DNA of 64,000 bases from a virus (Duplodnaviria > Caudoviricetes). A program made the translations under genes and the position numbers. The stretch lies in the IMG/VR virus record IMGVR_UViG_3300044624_003554, positions 1 through 64,000 of that record; one strand, given 5' to 3'. Below, piece after piece: positions 38,780-47,060 of this stretch. Under the pieces are notes generated by a model, which saw only the letters and a program-made list of their open reading frames with translations, was not told where the DNA came from and did not search any database. Within the stretch, counting starts at the first letter, position 1. Every line of letters begins with the position of its first letter.

Positions 38780-40426
38780 TTATCCTTCGCAAGATTTACA
38801 TCCAAGTATGGATCTGGCTAATTCCTGTGCTGGATTAGCGCTTCTTTGATAATAAAGAGACTTTATCCCTTGCTCCCAAGCAAAGATCATTAAATCACTT
38901 ACGTCTTTTGGCTTCGTGTCTGGAGGAATATGAATATTTAAACTTTGTCCTTGGTCAATATGTTTTTGTCTTTGAGCCGCTTGAATGATTATTTCCTTCT
39001 GGGAAATTTCACCAAACGTTTTAAATACATCTTTTTGATCTTGGGTCAAGAAATCAAGGTGCTGAACACTTCCAGCTTTTTGAAGAATAGAATCCCAAAC
39101 TTCTGGCGTATCTTTTTCTATCGATGCAAGAAATTTTTTAAGGCTTGGATTTTTGTAAGTTGATCTTGTTTTTGCTAAATCTTTAATAAAATAATTATCT
39201 TTCAATGGTTCTATGCTTGGAGAAACTTGTCCCAAAATAAATGAACTTGAAACAGTTGGGGCTACAGCAAGCAGCGTGGTATTCCTCCTTCCATAGCCCT
39301 TTAATAAATCTGGCTCACCAATAATGTCAGCTAAAAGTTTGCTTGCCTGCAAAGCTTTTTCTTTTATAATTTTCCATATCTGAGAGTTAAGCATTTTTGC
39401 TTCAAACGATTCAAATGCAATCATATGATCTTGAAGATATGTACTCCAACCTAATCCACCAAGTCCCAAGGCTCTATGTCGGATAGAAAAATTTCTAGCT
39501 GCCTCCATATATTTCATGCCTTTCGTTTTATTAATAAATTCAGTCATTACTGTATCAAGGAAGTAAATCATTACTTCGACAGCATCGGTATCTTTCCATT
39601 CATCCCATTTAGCTAAATTCATGGAAGACAAACAGCATACAAAAGATTCCTCTTCATTATTTGGAAGCATTATTTCTGAACAAAGATTGCTATGCTTTAT
39701 TTTTAAATTTTTATCTTTATAAACGTCTGGAGCTTGATTATTTGCATTGTCAGAAAAAAAGATATAAGGATAACCGCTGGCATATTTTTTCTTAATAACT
39801 TTTCCCCATAAGGATCTTTTCTCCTTGTCTCCAGCTGTCATTGCTTTCATCCATTCATCAGAAATGCAAACTCCTATTGAAATATCTTGAACTATAGAAC
39901 CTTCATCTTTAATTCTTAAAAATTCTTCAATATCTGGATGTTCAATTGGAAGATAAGCAGCAAAACTTCCTCTTCTTGTGTTGCCTTGCGATATGACATT
40001 TGTGTTCGTTTCGAACATTTTCATGAAGTGAACTGATCCAGACGTTTCACCTCCGCTTGAAATTTTTGCACCCCTTGGCCTTAAGTTGCCAAAATAACCG
40101 CTTGTTCCGCCTCCCATTTGAGACATCTTCCCAACCTCCGCCGCCTTTCCCAAAATGCTATCCATTGTGTCTTCGACAAAAGAACCAAAACAAGAAATCG
40201 GAAGTCCTCTTTTTCTGCCATAGTTAGACCATACTGGAGAACTTAAAGAATAAAAGCCGTTTTTTAAATGGGTCAAAAATTTTTCCTTAAACTCTATTTC
40301 TGGTAAATAATTTTGAGCTGTTTCGGCAATTTCTTCAATTCTCTCCTCTGCACTCTCCCCTTCTAACAAATAACCTTTACTTAAAAAATTGCGTGATTCT
40401 TTATTTAACCAGTATATATTTGACAT
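38780..40426 (-). CDS. nrdA: Ribonucleotide reductase class Ia alpha (no ATP-cone)
   Basis: ISCF, GGGT, SNLCSEI, CCLSS, APTVSSS, QGQS, KSLYYQR. Confidence 0.93.
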   Translation of the reverse strand: MSNIYWLNKESRNFLSKGYLLEGESAEERIEEIAETAQNYLPEIEFKEKFLTHLKNGFYSLSSPVWSNYGRKRGLPISCFGSFVEDTMDSILGKAAEVGKMSQMGGGTSGYFGNLRPRGAKISSGGETSGSVHFMKMFETNTNVISQGNTRRGSFAAYLPIEHPDIEEFLRIKDEGSIVQDISIGVCISDEWMKAMTAGDKEKRSLWGKVIKKKYASGYPYIFFSDNANNQAPDVYKDKNLKIKHSNLCSEIMLPNNEEESFVCCLSSMNLAKWDEWKDTDAVEVMIYFLDTVMTEFINKTKGMKYMEAARNFSIRHRALGLGGLGWSTYLQDHMIAFESFEAKMLNSQIWKIIKEKALQASKLLADIIGEPDLLKGYGRRNTTLLAVAPTVSSSFILGQVSPSIEPLKDNYFIKDLAKTRSTYKNPSLKKFLASIEKDTPEVWDSILQKAGSVQHLDFLTQDQKDVFKTFGEISQKEIIIQAAQRQKHIDQGQSLNIHIPPDTKPKDVSDLMIFAWEQGIKSLYYQRSANPAQELARSILGCKSCEG

Positions 40427-40427
40427 A

Positions 40428-41399
40428 TTAAAATAGATCTTCTTCGGAAAATGATTGACTATTCTTGGAGTATTCTGTTGGCCTTTTTTTAAAAAAATCT
40501 GTCAATGTGTTCGCTAAAAGCTCTTCTTTAAACCAAGATGTCTTTTCTAGAAGACTACTATCTAGACGAAAAATTTGCTTAAATCCTATTTCTTTTAAAG
40601 AATCATTTATTCTTGATTTTACAAATTCCTTTAAAATGTCCGCGCTTAAATTTTCTTCTTTGATTCCATTTACCATCCAATCGATAATTTTTGATTCTGC
40701 AATGAAAGCTTGTTCTGCTTCTTCTAAGATTTTCATCTCCAAGTCATGATCAAAAAGTTCTGGATACTCTTCTCTTATCGTGTTTACTAGCTTCATGCCG
40801 ACCATAGCATGAATCGTTTCTTCGTTTCTTGTATATTTAACTTGCGTGTCAGTGTCTGGCAAAACGTTCCTAAATCTATTAAACCAATTTATTACGTAAA
40901 ATTGAGAAAATAAAGAAACGTTTTCTACAAACAAGGTGAATAAAATTAAAGCATAAAGATATTGTTTTTTGGAGTCTTTATAGAACTTATGAGTGTACTT
41001 TTTTAAGTATTTTACTCTGCCTTGAATCCATTCAAGCTTTAAATTTTGCTCAAACACTTCTTCCAATCCAAGAACAGAGAGTAGTCTTTCATAAGCATCG
41101 TTGTGAATAACTTCTACATTTGCCATCACGTATCCTAAATCGGCGAGGGATGGATGCGGTAAGTTCTCTCCAAGCTTTGCCCAGAAAGTTTTTACGGCTA
41201 CTTCTATTTGACCAATGGCAGATAAAGTGCGAACAACAATTTCTTTTTCCTTGTCGTTTAAATTTGTTTTAAAGTCTTGAATATCAGCAACAAAAGTAAA
41301 AACTTTATCTGTCCAAAAACCGTTATGCATAGCTTGTTTGGCCTCTTCTGCCCAAGGATAAAAATTTGGTTTTCTAGAAATTTGTTCATTGAATATCAT
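40428..41399 (-). CDS. nrdB: Ribonucleotide reductase class I beta
   Basis: FW, EVIHNDAY, VENVSLFSQF, EETIH, DFFKKRPTEYSK. Confidence 0.93.
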   Translation of the reverse strand: MIFNEQISRKPNFYPWAEEAKQAMHNGFWTDKVFTFVADIQDFKTNLNDKEKEIVVRTLSAIGQIEVAVKTFWAKLGENLPHPSLADLGYVMANVEVIHNDAYERLLSVLGLEEVFEQNLKLEWIQGRVKYLKKYTHKFYKDSKKQYLYALILFTLFVENVSLFSQFYVINWFNRFRNVLPDTDTQVKYTRNEETIHAMVGMKLVNTIREEYPELFDHDLEMKILEEAEQAFIAESKIIDWMVNGIKEENLSADILKEFVKSRINDSLKEIGFKQIFRLDSSLLEKTSWFKEELLANTLTDFFKKRPTEYSKNSQSFSEEDLF

Positions 41400-41413
41400 A
41401 GGTATAGGAAATC

Positions 41414-41419
41414 TTACAC
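41414..41419 (-). promoter_or_regulatory. GTGTAA upstream motif
   Basis: 14 nt before ATG 41399. Confidence 0.5.
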
Positions 41420-41477
41420 AAAAGTGGCGACAGGTCAATAGCGTTTTAACGAAAAGTGAATTTTTAAAAAATAATGC

Positions 41478-41507
41478 TTGACAAAATCAAAAAAGCGTCT
41501 TTATAAT
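41478..41507 (+). promoter_or_regulatory. sigma70 promoter TTGACA-N18-TATAAT
   Basis: Both hexamers perfect, in the divergent intergenic region. Confidence 0.8.
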
Positions 41508-41514
41508 TTAAAGA

Positions 41515-41575
41515 CTTCGAAGGAAAGTTTCTTTCGTCGCTTCGCTCCGAACGATTTCCACTTCGTGAAAATCGT
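41515..41575. other. Cluster of C-TTC-G / C-GAA-G mini-hairpins (candidate origin or structured leader/sRNA)
   Basis: CTTCGAAG palindrome, GCTTCGC, and ACGATTTCCAC-TTC-GTGAAAATCGT. Confidence 0.45.
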
Positions 41576-41641
41576 AAATTTAATTTGACTTTCTTTACAA
41601 GAGTGTTATTCTTAAGTGTGATTAGAAAAATTACAGAGGGA

Positions 41642-41920
41642 ATGTATTTCTTTTTGTGCCAAACCGCAGATTGGCAAACGGTAGTTCTTGCAGAGGATGA
41701 ATCATCAGCTGCCACAAAAAGCATGGAAGAAGCAATGCGTAATGATGAGAAAAGAGGATTGGCAGCTTTAATTTTAGTTAAAAAAATTACAGAAGATTTA
41801 ACAAACAAAGTTTTTGAAAGCCAAACGTTTTTTACTCCTATGATTTTAGCCGACGCTGGATTTCATAATGAGGCATTAAAATTAATTGATTTTTTAGAAA
41901 AAAAAGAAAATGAACAATAA
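41642..41920 (+). CDS. Hypothetical protein
   Basis: ATG 41642, first gene of the plus-strand block; overlaps dut start. Confidence 0.65.
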   Translation: MYFFLCQTADWQTVVLAEDESSAATKSMEEAMRNDEKRGLAALILVKKITEDLTNKVFESQTFFTPMILADAGFHNEALKLIDFLEKKENEQ

Positions 41921-42428
41921 CAAAAACAAAATTTTTCTCAAAAAAGATTTCAAACTACAACCGAAAACTTGGCCAAGAGATATTGGTTTTGATGTTAAGG
42001 CCATAAAGGAACCTGAAATCTGTGGATCAAAATATATTGATGGTTTATATTCCAGCGTTGATTATATTGAATATGACACTGGAGTTTGTTTAGACACAAT
42101 TCAAAGAAATACTGAAGAAGATATTTTTACTCTTGTATTTCCAAGATCCAGCATAAGTAAAAAGAATTTAACTTTAGCTAATTCTATTGGTCTTATAGAT
42201 CCAGAATGGAGGGATTCTGTAAAATGCCGATTTAAATATGTAGCTCAACCAGAAGATTTTGTTTTCCTTGAAGGCAAATGCTATATACGTTTAAACATGG
42301 AAAAAATTTACAAAATTGGAGATAAAATTTGTCAGTTTGTTTTCTTGAAAAATGAAACTATAGAAATTCAATACGTAGATCAGTTAGCTGAATCTGGTAG
42401 AGGTGGATTTGGTAGTACTGGAGATTAA
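41910..42428 (+). CDS. dut: dUTPase (trimeric)
   Basis: GFDV, FPRSSI, NSIGLIDPEWR, GDKICQ, RGGFGSTG. Confidence 0.9.
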   Translation: MNNNKNKIFLKKDFKLQPKTWPRDIGFDVKAIKEPEICGSKYIDGLYSSVDYIEYDTGVCLDTIQRNTEEDIFTLVFPRSSISKKNLTLANSIGLIDPEWRDSVKCRFKYVAQPEDFVFLEGKCYIRLNMEKIYKIGDKICQFVFLKNETIEIQYVDQLAESGRGGFGSTGD

Positions 42429-42429
42429 T

Positions 42430-43017
42430 ATGATAATAGGAATTTCTGGTTACGCAAGAAGTGGAAAAGATACTTTTGGACTTTCCCTTCAAAGAATTTT
42501 AAAAACTTACAAAATAGAATGTACTCTAGATGCATTTGCAAATGTCTTAAAAGAAGATTTAGAACCATTTCTTTTAGATAAATTTAAAATTTCAGCATTT
42601 ACAAAAAATGATGCGGAAAAATTCTTGATAAGACCAATGCTTGTTGCTTACGGTGAATCCAAAAGAAATCAAGACCAAGATTATTGGATAAATCAAATTA
42701 AAGAAAAATCAAAAAATAAACTAACAATCATAACAGATGTTCGTTATGAAAACGAAGCAAAATGGATTATTAATAGTGGTGGATTTTTAATACATTTAAA
42801 TCGTCAAAAGAGTGATGGTTCATATATAGAAGCTCCAAATCCTCAAGAAGCTAAAAACAACCCTAAAGTTGCAGAATTAGCTTCTTTAAAAATAGTTTGG
42901 CAAACTGTAGAAAATAATGGAGTTGTAGACGAAGAAACGATAGATAAAATTGTTGAGTCTTTTATTTGCAGTTGTGACGACCTAACGGAAAAACTGCAAT
43001 CATGGAAAACGACATAG
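42430..43017 (+). CDS. Deoxynucleoside monophosphate kinase
   Basis: MIIGISGYARSGKD, RPMLVAYG, DYWI, IITDVRYENE. Confidence 0.85.
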   Translation: MIIGISGYARSGKDTFGLSLQRILKTYKIECTLDAFANVLKEDLEPFLLDKFKISAFTKNDAEKFLIRPMLVAYGESKRNQDQDYWINQIKEKSKNKLTIITDVRYENEAKWIINSGGFLIHLNRQKSDGSYIEAPNPQEAKNNPKVAELASLKIVWQTVENNGVVDEETIDKIVESFICSCDDLTEKLQSWKTT

Positions 43018-43577
43018 ATTTAATAGAAAAAGTAAAAAAAGAAAACGATCAAAATAGTTTGACAAAACTAATCGAAAGGCATTCTGGCATTTATTTAGAA
43101 ATGGTAAATTCTGTAATACCAAATAATTGCACTTTTTTAGATAAAAATGATTTGATTGAAGATAAAGACTATTCAATTTACAAAGCAATTCTTGCTTTTG
43201 ATCCAAATAAAAAAGCTAAATTTTCAACTTATCTTGGCAATGAAACAAGATGGAAATGTTTAAATCTTTTTAATAGAGGAGTTAAATATCAATACGTAGA
43301 TATTGAAGAGTATAAAGAAGATGGAAAATTTTCAGAATCAGATAAAGTTGAAAAAATTTCTTGCAATGAGATTTTGGATAAGATATTTTCTATAGCGTCT
43401 TCTCATCCAGATAAAAGAGTTTTCAAAATTATTAATTTAAGATACAATGTCGGAAGCGGAAATAAATTAATGTCTTGGAAAAATGTCGCTAAAGAAGTAA
43501 ACGTCAGTATACAAGGATGTATAAATATTCACAATAGATTCTTGGAAGAAATAAAAAAAGAAATAAATTATGTATAA
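43002..43577 (+). CDS. Phage sigma70-family sigma factor
   Basis: Region 2 (IYKAILAFDPNKKAKFSTY) and region-4 HTH (LRY..SWKNVAKEVNVS). Confidence 0.8.
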   Translation: MENDIDLIEKVKKENDQNSLTKLIERHSGIYLEMVNSVIPNNCTFLDKNDLIEDKDYSIYKAILAFDPNKKAKFSTYLGNETRWKCLNLFNRGVKYQYVDIEEYKEDGKFSESDKVEKISCNEILDKIFSIASSHPDKRVFKIINLRYNVGSGNKLMSWKNVAKEVNVSIQGCINIHNRFLEEIKKEINYV

Positions 43578-43962
43578 TAAAGTAGTATTAATAGGAAATG
43601 TAGTTAAAGATGTCGAAACAAAAGAAGTTGGCTCTTCTTCCGTTTCAAGAATTAGATTAGCAGTGGACGACCCATTTAGGGAGAAAAATACCGTTTATAT
43701 TGATTGTGAAGCTTGGGGCGATCAAGCTTCATTCGCCCAAAAGTGGTTAAAAAAAGGATCTGGAATTATTGTTGATGGCAGATTGTGTATGGACTCTTGG
43801 GAGAAAGACGGTAAAAAGGAAAGTAAAATTTTCGTAAAAGCTCAAGAAATTAGATTTTCAAACGTTGGACCTAAATCTGAAAAATCAGACCAAGAGCCAG
43901 CAAAGCAAAACAAGGCCACCAAAAGTAAAAGTGTAGAAGAAGATTCAGAAGTACCATTTTAA
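43570..43962 (+). CDS. ssb: Single-stranded DNA-binding protein
   Basis: YNKVVLIGNV, IDCEAWG, KKGSGIIVDGRL, acidic C-terminus EVPF. Confidence 0.92.
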   Translation: MYNKVVLIGNVVKDVETKEVGSSSVSRIRLAVDDPFREKNTVYIDCEAWGDQASFAQKWLKKGSGIIVDGRLCMDSWEKDGKKESKIFVKAQEIRFSNVGPKSEKSDQEPAKQNKATKSKSVEEDSEVPF

Positions 43963-43964
43963 TT

Positions 43965-45029
43965 ATGGATTTAATAGTAGAAGCACCACTTAATTCACTA
44001 AGTTTTGGAAATGTCTCTTACAACATATTAAGAGAATTGTTTAAAGCTGGCAAACAAATTGCCTATTTTCCAATAGGTGATCCAGATTTATCCGCAATGC
44101 AGCCAAGCCAAGAGTTTATGCAATGGCTTAATGAAGCTGCAAATCGAAGATATGAAGCTTTAAATAAAAATTTAAAAACTTTAAAGCTATGGCATCTAAA
44201 CGGATCTGATTCATTGAGGTCCAGAGAACAATATCTTTTGACTTTCTACGAAAGTAATAAGCCTACCGAAATTGAAAAAAATATTGCTAACTTGCAAGAC
44301 AAAACAATTTTCTCATCAAAACATGCTTCAGATTTATTTGGAACTCAAGATACTTTTAAGTTGGGATTTGACGAAGACTTTCACATAACTGGAAAAAAAT
44401 ATTTAGAGAACGTAATTCATTTTGGAATTTTTGGTAAATTTGAAAAAAGAAAACATACTGAAAAACTAATCAAGACATGGTTGAAAAAATATGGAAACAA
44501 TAATAAGTATTTACTTTCTTGTTGTGTAACAAATCCATTTATCAAGCCAGAGCAAATGCAGCAAATTATTGGTGCATGCTTAGAAGGAAAACATTACTCA
44601 AATATAAATTTTATTCCTTGGTTAAAAACTAACAGAGAAATGAATGAAGTTCTTAATGCTATTGATATTGATCTAACTGGCATGAGTGGAGGAGAAGGTT
44701 GGAATTTGCCAGCATTTAACGCTACATGCCTCGGCAAGTGGAGTATTGTTTTAAACGGCACAGCTCATAAAGAATGGGCCAATGAAGATAATTGTATTCT
44801 TGTTCAACCAAATGGTGAGCAAGATTCAGAAGATGGTATCTTCTTTAAAAACGGAACTCCATTCAACCAAGGAACATTTTTAACATTTGATGAAAATGAC
44901 TTGATCTCTGCTATGGAAAATGCCGAAACAAAAGTGGGTCAAATTAACTCACTTGGCACACTGCTGGGACAAACTTTCACATATAAACGTGCCACTGAAG
45001 AGATTTTAACCTTAATTGGTTTGGCATAG
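43965..45029 (+). CDS. Glycosyltransferase, GT4-like
   Basis: FGKFEKRKH, SGGEGWNLPAFNATCLGK. Confidence 0.7.
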   Translation: MDLIVEAPLNSLSFGNVSYNILRELFKAGKQIAYFPIGDPDLSAMQPSQEFMQWLNEAANRRYEALNKNLKTLKLWHLNGSDSLRSREQYLLTFYESNKPTEIEKNIANLQDKTIFSSKHASDLFGTQDTFKLGFDEDFHITGKKYLENVIHFGIFGKFEKRKHTEKLIKTWLKKYGNNNKYLLSCCVTNPFIKPEQMQQIIGACLEGKHYSNINFIPWLKTNREMNEVLNAIDIDLTGMSGGEGWNLPAFNATCLGKWSIVLNGTAHKEWANEDNCILVQPNGEQDSEDGIFFKNGTPFNQGTFLTFDENDLISAMENAETKVGQINSLGTLLGQTFTYKRATEEILTLIGLA

Positions 45030-45037
45030 TAAGTGCT
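45021..45037 (+). promoter_or_regulatory. Possible sigma54 -24/-12 element
   Basis: TTGGCATAGTAAGTGCT = GG-N10-GC spacing, upstream of hsp20. Confidence 0.35.
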
Positions 45038-45045
45038 AAATAGAT

Positions 45046-45408
45046 ATGCATATGTATTTAACAGACGAAATTATCAATCAAGCCTTTGGTCTAAAAACTA
45101 ATTTAAATTCAAATTCATTATCGACCTTGGCAAATCAAGGATACGCTGATGAAAATGGTATTTCTAAAATTAAATTTAGAGTACCTGGATATGAAAAATC
45201 AGAAATTAAATTAAGTGTAGATAAAGGATCTTACGGTAAAAAGATTTTAAATATTAAAGCCGAAAATCAAGAGTTTGGCGTTCTGAAAATTTCAGAAACA
45301 TTAAGCTCTACTGTTGACGAATCTTCAATTAAAGCTTCATTAAAAAATGGCATATTGACAATCACTTGTGAAACCAGCAACAAGACCATTCAAATTGATG
45401 TGGCTTAA
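45046..45408 (+). CDS. hsp20: Small heat shock protein (alpha-crystallin domain)
   Basis: VPGYEKSEIKL, VDESSIKASLKNGILTIT. Confidence 0.8.
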   Translation: MHMYLTDEIINQAFGLKTNLNSNSLSTLANQGYADENGISKIKFRVPGYEKSEIKLSVDKGSYGKKILNIKAENQEFGVLKISETLSSTVDESSIKASLKNGILTITCETSNKTIQIDVA

Positions 45409-45431
45409 TTTTACCATTTAAAATAAAAATT

Positions 45432-45465
45432 AGAAAACCCGTCGAAATCGACGGGTTTTCTTTTT
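45432..45465. terminator. Intrinsic terminator
   Basis: AGAAAACCCGTCG-AAAT-CGACGGGTTTTCT followed by TTTT. Confidence 0.85.
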
Positions 45466-45474
45466 ATAATAGTT

Positions 45475-45864
45475 ATGCCATTATATCTTTATCAAAATGA
45501 AAAAACTGGAGAAATTAAAGAAATTCTCCAATCAATGAATGACATTCATGAATACAATGGAGAGAATGGTAGGGAAAAAAATTGGAAAAGAATTTTTACA
45601 ATACCTCAAGCCTCAATTGATACAAAGCAAGATCCATTTAGCACAAATGATTTTTTAGATAGAACAAAAAGCAAAAAAGGCACATATGGAAACATGCTTG
45701 ATTACAGCAAAGAGTTAAGTCAAAAAAGGGAAGCTATTGCTGGCGGAAAAGATCCAATTAAAGAAAATTATTATAAAGAATATAGTAAAAACAGAAGGGG
45801 TGCAAAACATCCAGACACCTTTAAGAAATCATTTGAAAACAAACATGTAAAAATTGAACTTTAA
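45475..45864 (+). CDS. FmdB-like (zinc-ribbon-type) protein lacking cysteines
   Basis: MPLYLY...GEIKE...WKRIF pattern; TATAAT 4 nt upstream of ATG. Confidence 0.55.
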   Translation: MPLYLYQNEKTGEIKEILQSMNDIHEYNGENGREKNWKRIFTIPQASIDTKQDPFSTNDFLDRTKSKKGTYGNMLDYSKELSQKREAIAGGKDPIKENYYKEYSKNRRGAKHPDTFKKSFENKHVKIEL

Positions 45865-47060
45865 ATTAAAGTTCTCAAATAACTTATATCTCCATCAGAA
45901 GCGCCCTTTGGAAGTAGCTTATCTCCATTACTAGCTCTGATAACATCATATATCAAATCGTTTACTTTTGTTTTAATAACTTTTATTATAAAACCTGTTT
46001 TTTCGTCAGATTCAAAAGATGCATCCATTGAGTACGTCATATTATTGCCAATATCTGCACTATAAGAAAAATTTTCAATATATATATTTTCAATAAGTAT
46101 TTCCGAATAATCGGAATTATTATTTTCATTATCTCCAATTGCAATAGTTAAAGAAAATTTAGAATCGCTTTGTAAAAATTGAGATAATGCATTTTTGTTA
46201 AAATTACTAGTAACTCCAGACATTTGCAATCTTCCATTAACTGGATAGAGAAATTCCCTATCAGTCGGTTTATTGATTTCTTTAAAGAAATAATCTTTAT
46301 TTCTTGATAGATCAATTGAAATGCTTAAATTTTGTATAAGCCCGTTTAAAAAATTAGAAATATTTGTAAATGGCAAATCTAAAGACTCAACAGAAGAAGC
46401 ATCTAGAGAAAAATTTACAACTTGATATGTAATATTTTTTCCCAAATTCTGAGAAGTTCTATCGTTTAAAGATTCGATATTTTTTTGAGATAATTTTATA
46501 TTTTCAACATCATTCTTTTTTATGTAAAAATTATGTGGATTTGGTATATATATTAAATTAGCCACATTTAATATATCTTCAAAAGAACATGAAATTTGCA
46601 CATTTGGAAGCGAGCCAATTGAATATTGAAACGAGTAATTTTCAATAAATAAATTTGAAAAAAGAATACTTATCATATTCTGGTTAAAATCATTTGCTAT
46701 TATTTTTGTCAATAATTCGCCTTCTTTAGATTCATCAATTAATAAAAAAGCGTATTTATTAAAAAAATTATTTTTAAAGTTTGAAAAAATTGTTTTCTCT
46801 CCAGTTTCAGAAATATTAAATCCAAACATTCTTTCTTGCAAGAAATCACTTCTTTGCAAATAAGATATTTGCAATTTTAAATCTTTATCTGCATAAATGA
46901 CTTTATCACTAAAACCTTTTCCTATTGATTTTTGACTTATTCTACCAACATCATAACTCAGTGAAACACTTTGCAAGAAATCTAAATAGTAAAAATCATC
47001 TAAATTATTTAAAATTTTCTTATCCAAAGCGAAAAGCGTATTATGACTTTTAAATATCAT
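45861..47060 (-). CDS. Tail structural protein (tube/distal-tail-like fold)
   Basis: In the tail operon; resembles 52177..52992. Confidence 0.5.
   Translation of the reverse strand: MIFKSHNTLFALDKKILNNLDDFYYLDFLQSVSLSYDVGRISQKSIGKGFSDKVIYADKDLKLQISYLQRSDFLQERMFGFNISETGEKTIFSNFKNNFFNKYAFLLIDESKEGELLTKIIANDFNQNMISILFSNLFIENYSFQYSIGSLPNVQISCSFEDILNVANLIYIPNPHNFYIKKNDVENIKLSQKNIESLNDRTSQNLGKNITYQVVNFSLDASSVESLDLPFTNISNFLNGLIQNLSISIDLSRNKDYFFKEINKPTDREFLYPVNGRLQMSGVTSNFNKNALSQFLQSDSKFSLTIAIGDNENNNSDYSEILIENIYIENFSYSADIGNNMTYSMDASFESDEKTGFIIKVIKTKVNDLIYDVIRASNGDKLLPKGASDGDISYLRTLI

Noticed and set aside
30127-41399. Inteins or group I introns in dnaB, recA, nrdA, nrdB
   Set aside because: The ORFs are uninterrupted and of normal or short length; no homing endonuclease motifs were seen.
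41510-41640. tRNA or known riboswitch
   Set aside because: No cloverleaf, TTC-loop/CCA arrangement or recognisable aptamer; kept only as an unexplained hairpin cluster.
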